From a virus, in the IMG/VR virus record IMGVR_UViG_3300022744_000001, positions 258,022 through 322,021 of that record: a stretch of DNA of 64,000 nucleotides. One strand, 5' to 3'. The notes beneath the pieces were generated by a model, which did no database searches, was not told the origin of the DNA, and was given only the letters and a program-made list of their open reading frames with translations. The position numbers were made by a program, and so were the translations under genes. Positions 62,474 through 64,000 of the stretch are shown in pieces; position 1 is the first letter of the stretch, and every line of letters starts with the position of its first letter.

Positions 62474-64000
62474 TCACTCCACCGCTAGAAGTTTGGTCAA
62501 CTGCTTCAACGTCTCGGCTTGGGCCTTGATGCGGTTGGCAACTGCCCGCTCCTGCTTCACCAGGATGCCCTTCTCCAGGTTGATGCGGGCGTCGATCCAC
62601 ACATACCGCTTGTCATAGAAGCGATCGCTAGAAGCCAACGCAGCCTCTACCTTCGAAATCGCACTAGGGATATAGGCTTTGCGCGCGTTAATTGTGGTCA
62701 CTCGAGCAGAGAAGTCCGAGCTTGTGTACCCACGAGCGAAGTAGGTCGAGTCCACAACGCCAGGGGGCACCCGTACCGGTACAGCACTCGACACGAGAGA
62801 CGCCCACGCCGTGCTCGAGCTGTAGAAGCTCACCGCGTTCGCCCTGACCTCGAACAGGTCCGAAAGCGTTTGCTCGGACGCAGCAAAAGACGAAACCACC
62901 CTGAAGGTCACTGAACCCGAACCTGGGAAAGCGTCGGTCACCTTCAAGGTTGTCGGCCCTGTGACTTCCTCGACCAGGTAGAAGCCCTGGTTCGATTGGG
63001 TCGGGGTTACATACACGAAGTCTCCAGGCAGAACGCCCGCGGCCATGAAGTCCACGCTCACGCCGGTAAGCGTTGTGCCACTCACGCTACCCGAAGCACT
63101 GCTCGGGGAAAGACGGTCAGTGAAAAGGGTCTCAAAGAAGTTGTCGATGGAGTTGACCTCGGAATCCGTGTTGTCTTGCAGGATGTCCAGCAAGCCCGCC
63201 GGTGCCGAGGGGAGGTCCCCCGTATCGCTGTAAGTGCTGAGCGAGTTGGAGATACGGTACGCGGCCAACGCCACCGGGTTAGAAAACGCCGCGGTCAACG
63301 TGATCTGGGTGGCAGAATCCACCGACTTCACCTGCCGACGCTCGAGCCGAGAAAGGTTGCCAACCTGGGTGAGAATCACCGTGTGCCCAGGTTTGACTCC
63401 CGCCGTGATATAGTTGGCAGTGGTGTCGGTGACCACGGCCCCCACAGCCGTCGTGAACGAGCCCGAGACCAAGTTTGCCGCCGCGGTCACGAGGAAGCTG
63501 AAACCCGTGTCTGGGGCTGAGGGGAACGCCACGTCCACATTCACGCTGTTCGCGGACACGGAGATGACACGACGAAAATCAGAGGCCCCATTCGACCCTG
63601 ACAACGTGCGCACGAGGTCGCCCACCTGCGGCACCGGGGAGGGGAACGAACCCGAGGCCAGCGTAATCACCGTGCCTGCCCCGTTGAGGTTTCCCGTCCC
63701 CACGAACGGGCTCACCGAGTTGGAGAGCAGAAGGCCGCTCGGCTGGATGTAGGTCAGCTCTGTCTCGAGGTAGCCCGGGGCGCCAAGCTCGCGCTCCGAG
63801 GTCGGGTTGATCAAGGGAAGCCGCTGGTCCCCATCGTCATCCAAAGGCTGGCCATCAAGGGCAGGGAACCGGTCCGGCGCCGTGAGCTGGTTGTTCAGGT
63901 AAAGTCCCGCCTCCAAAAGCTCGTTGGAGTCAGGGGCTTGAACCTGAAGCTCAGCGGGAACCGCCGGTACCGACCCGTCATAGGGCGGGTAGGGCTTCAC
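62474..64000 (-). CDS. virion structural protein, N-terminally truncated by the window edge (at least 508 aa)
   Basis: The ORF stays open to position 64000 and has Ser/Thr/Val-rich beta-type composition. Its C-terminus is helical (…RAVANRIKAQAETLKQLTKLLAVE). Confidence 0.7.
   Translation of the reverse strand: MKPYPPYDGSVPAVPAELQVQAPDSNELLEAGLYLNNQLTAPDRFPALDGQPLDDDGDQRLPLINPTSERELGAPGYLETELTYIQPSGLLLSNSVSPFVGTGNLNGAGTVITLASGSFPSPVPQVGDLVRTLSGSNGASDFRRVISVSANSVNVDVAFPSAPDTGFSFLVTAAANLVSGSFTTAVGAVVTDTTANYITAGVKPGHTVILTQVGNLSRLERRQVKSVDSATQITLTAAFSNPVALAAYRISNSLSTYSDTGDLPSAPAGLLDILQDNTDSEVNSIDNFFETLFTDRLSPSSASGSVSGTTLTGVSVDFMAAGVLPGDFVYVTPTQSNQGFYLVEEVTGPTTLKVTDAFPGSGSVTFRVVSSFAASEQTLSDLFEVRANAVSFYSSSTAWASLVSSAVPVRVPPGVVDSTYFARGYTSSDFSARVTTINARKAYIPSAISKVEAALASSDRFYDKRYVWIDARINLEKGILVKQERAVANRIKAQAETLKQLTKLLAVE

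Noticed and set aside
62301-62600. The full 99-aa ORF
   Set aside because: The N-terminal 43 codons (PGEGHPGEAGAGS…) overlap the upstream structural gene and look like off-frame translation. It was trimmed to the Met at 62471.

Overview
This window is a GC-rich (roughly 55-60% by eye), almost fully coding stretch in which nearly every gene lies on the minus strand. It reads as part of a large tailed dsDNA bacteriophage or prophage. Transcription runs from 64000 down to 1. From 64000 to about 16964 there are some 30 kb of virion, baseplate, tail-fibre-like genes. These include four giant beta-rich proteins of 2377, 1804, 1527 and 1148 aa. Between 52253 and 42136 there is a tandem array of paralogous fibre-like genes: two repeat-shaft proteins, three LamG-like proteins, three 322-aa paralogs and two 157-aa paralogs. 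From 16589 to 14679 there is a four-gene membrane and secreted-protein cluster that may be a lysis module or a Lom-like outer-membrane protein (OMP) module. From 14650 to 195 there is a DNA replication and nucleotide-metabolism module: SNF2-like helicase, zinc-ribbon protein, DnaB-like helicase, CHC2 zinc-finger primase-like protein, family-A DNA polymerase with 3'-5' exonuclease, classic AAA ATPase, and a 5'(3')-deoxyribonucleotidase-like HAD protein. A two-gene island on the opposite strand lies at 797-1436. No rRNA, tRNA, CRISPR array, integrase, terminase, portal, capsid, sheath, reverse transcriptase or invertase is recognisable in the window. Only the replication enzymes, the AAA ATPase, the nucleotidase and the LamG-like domains can be assigned from clear sequence motifs. 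Most structural calls rest on size, composition and gene order.
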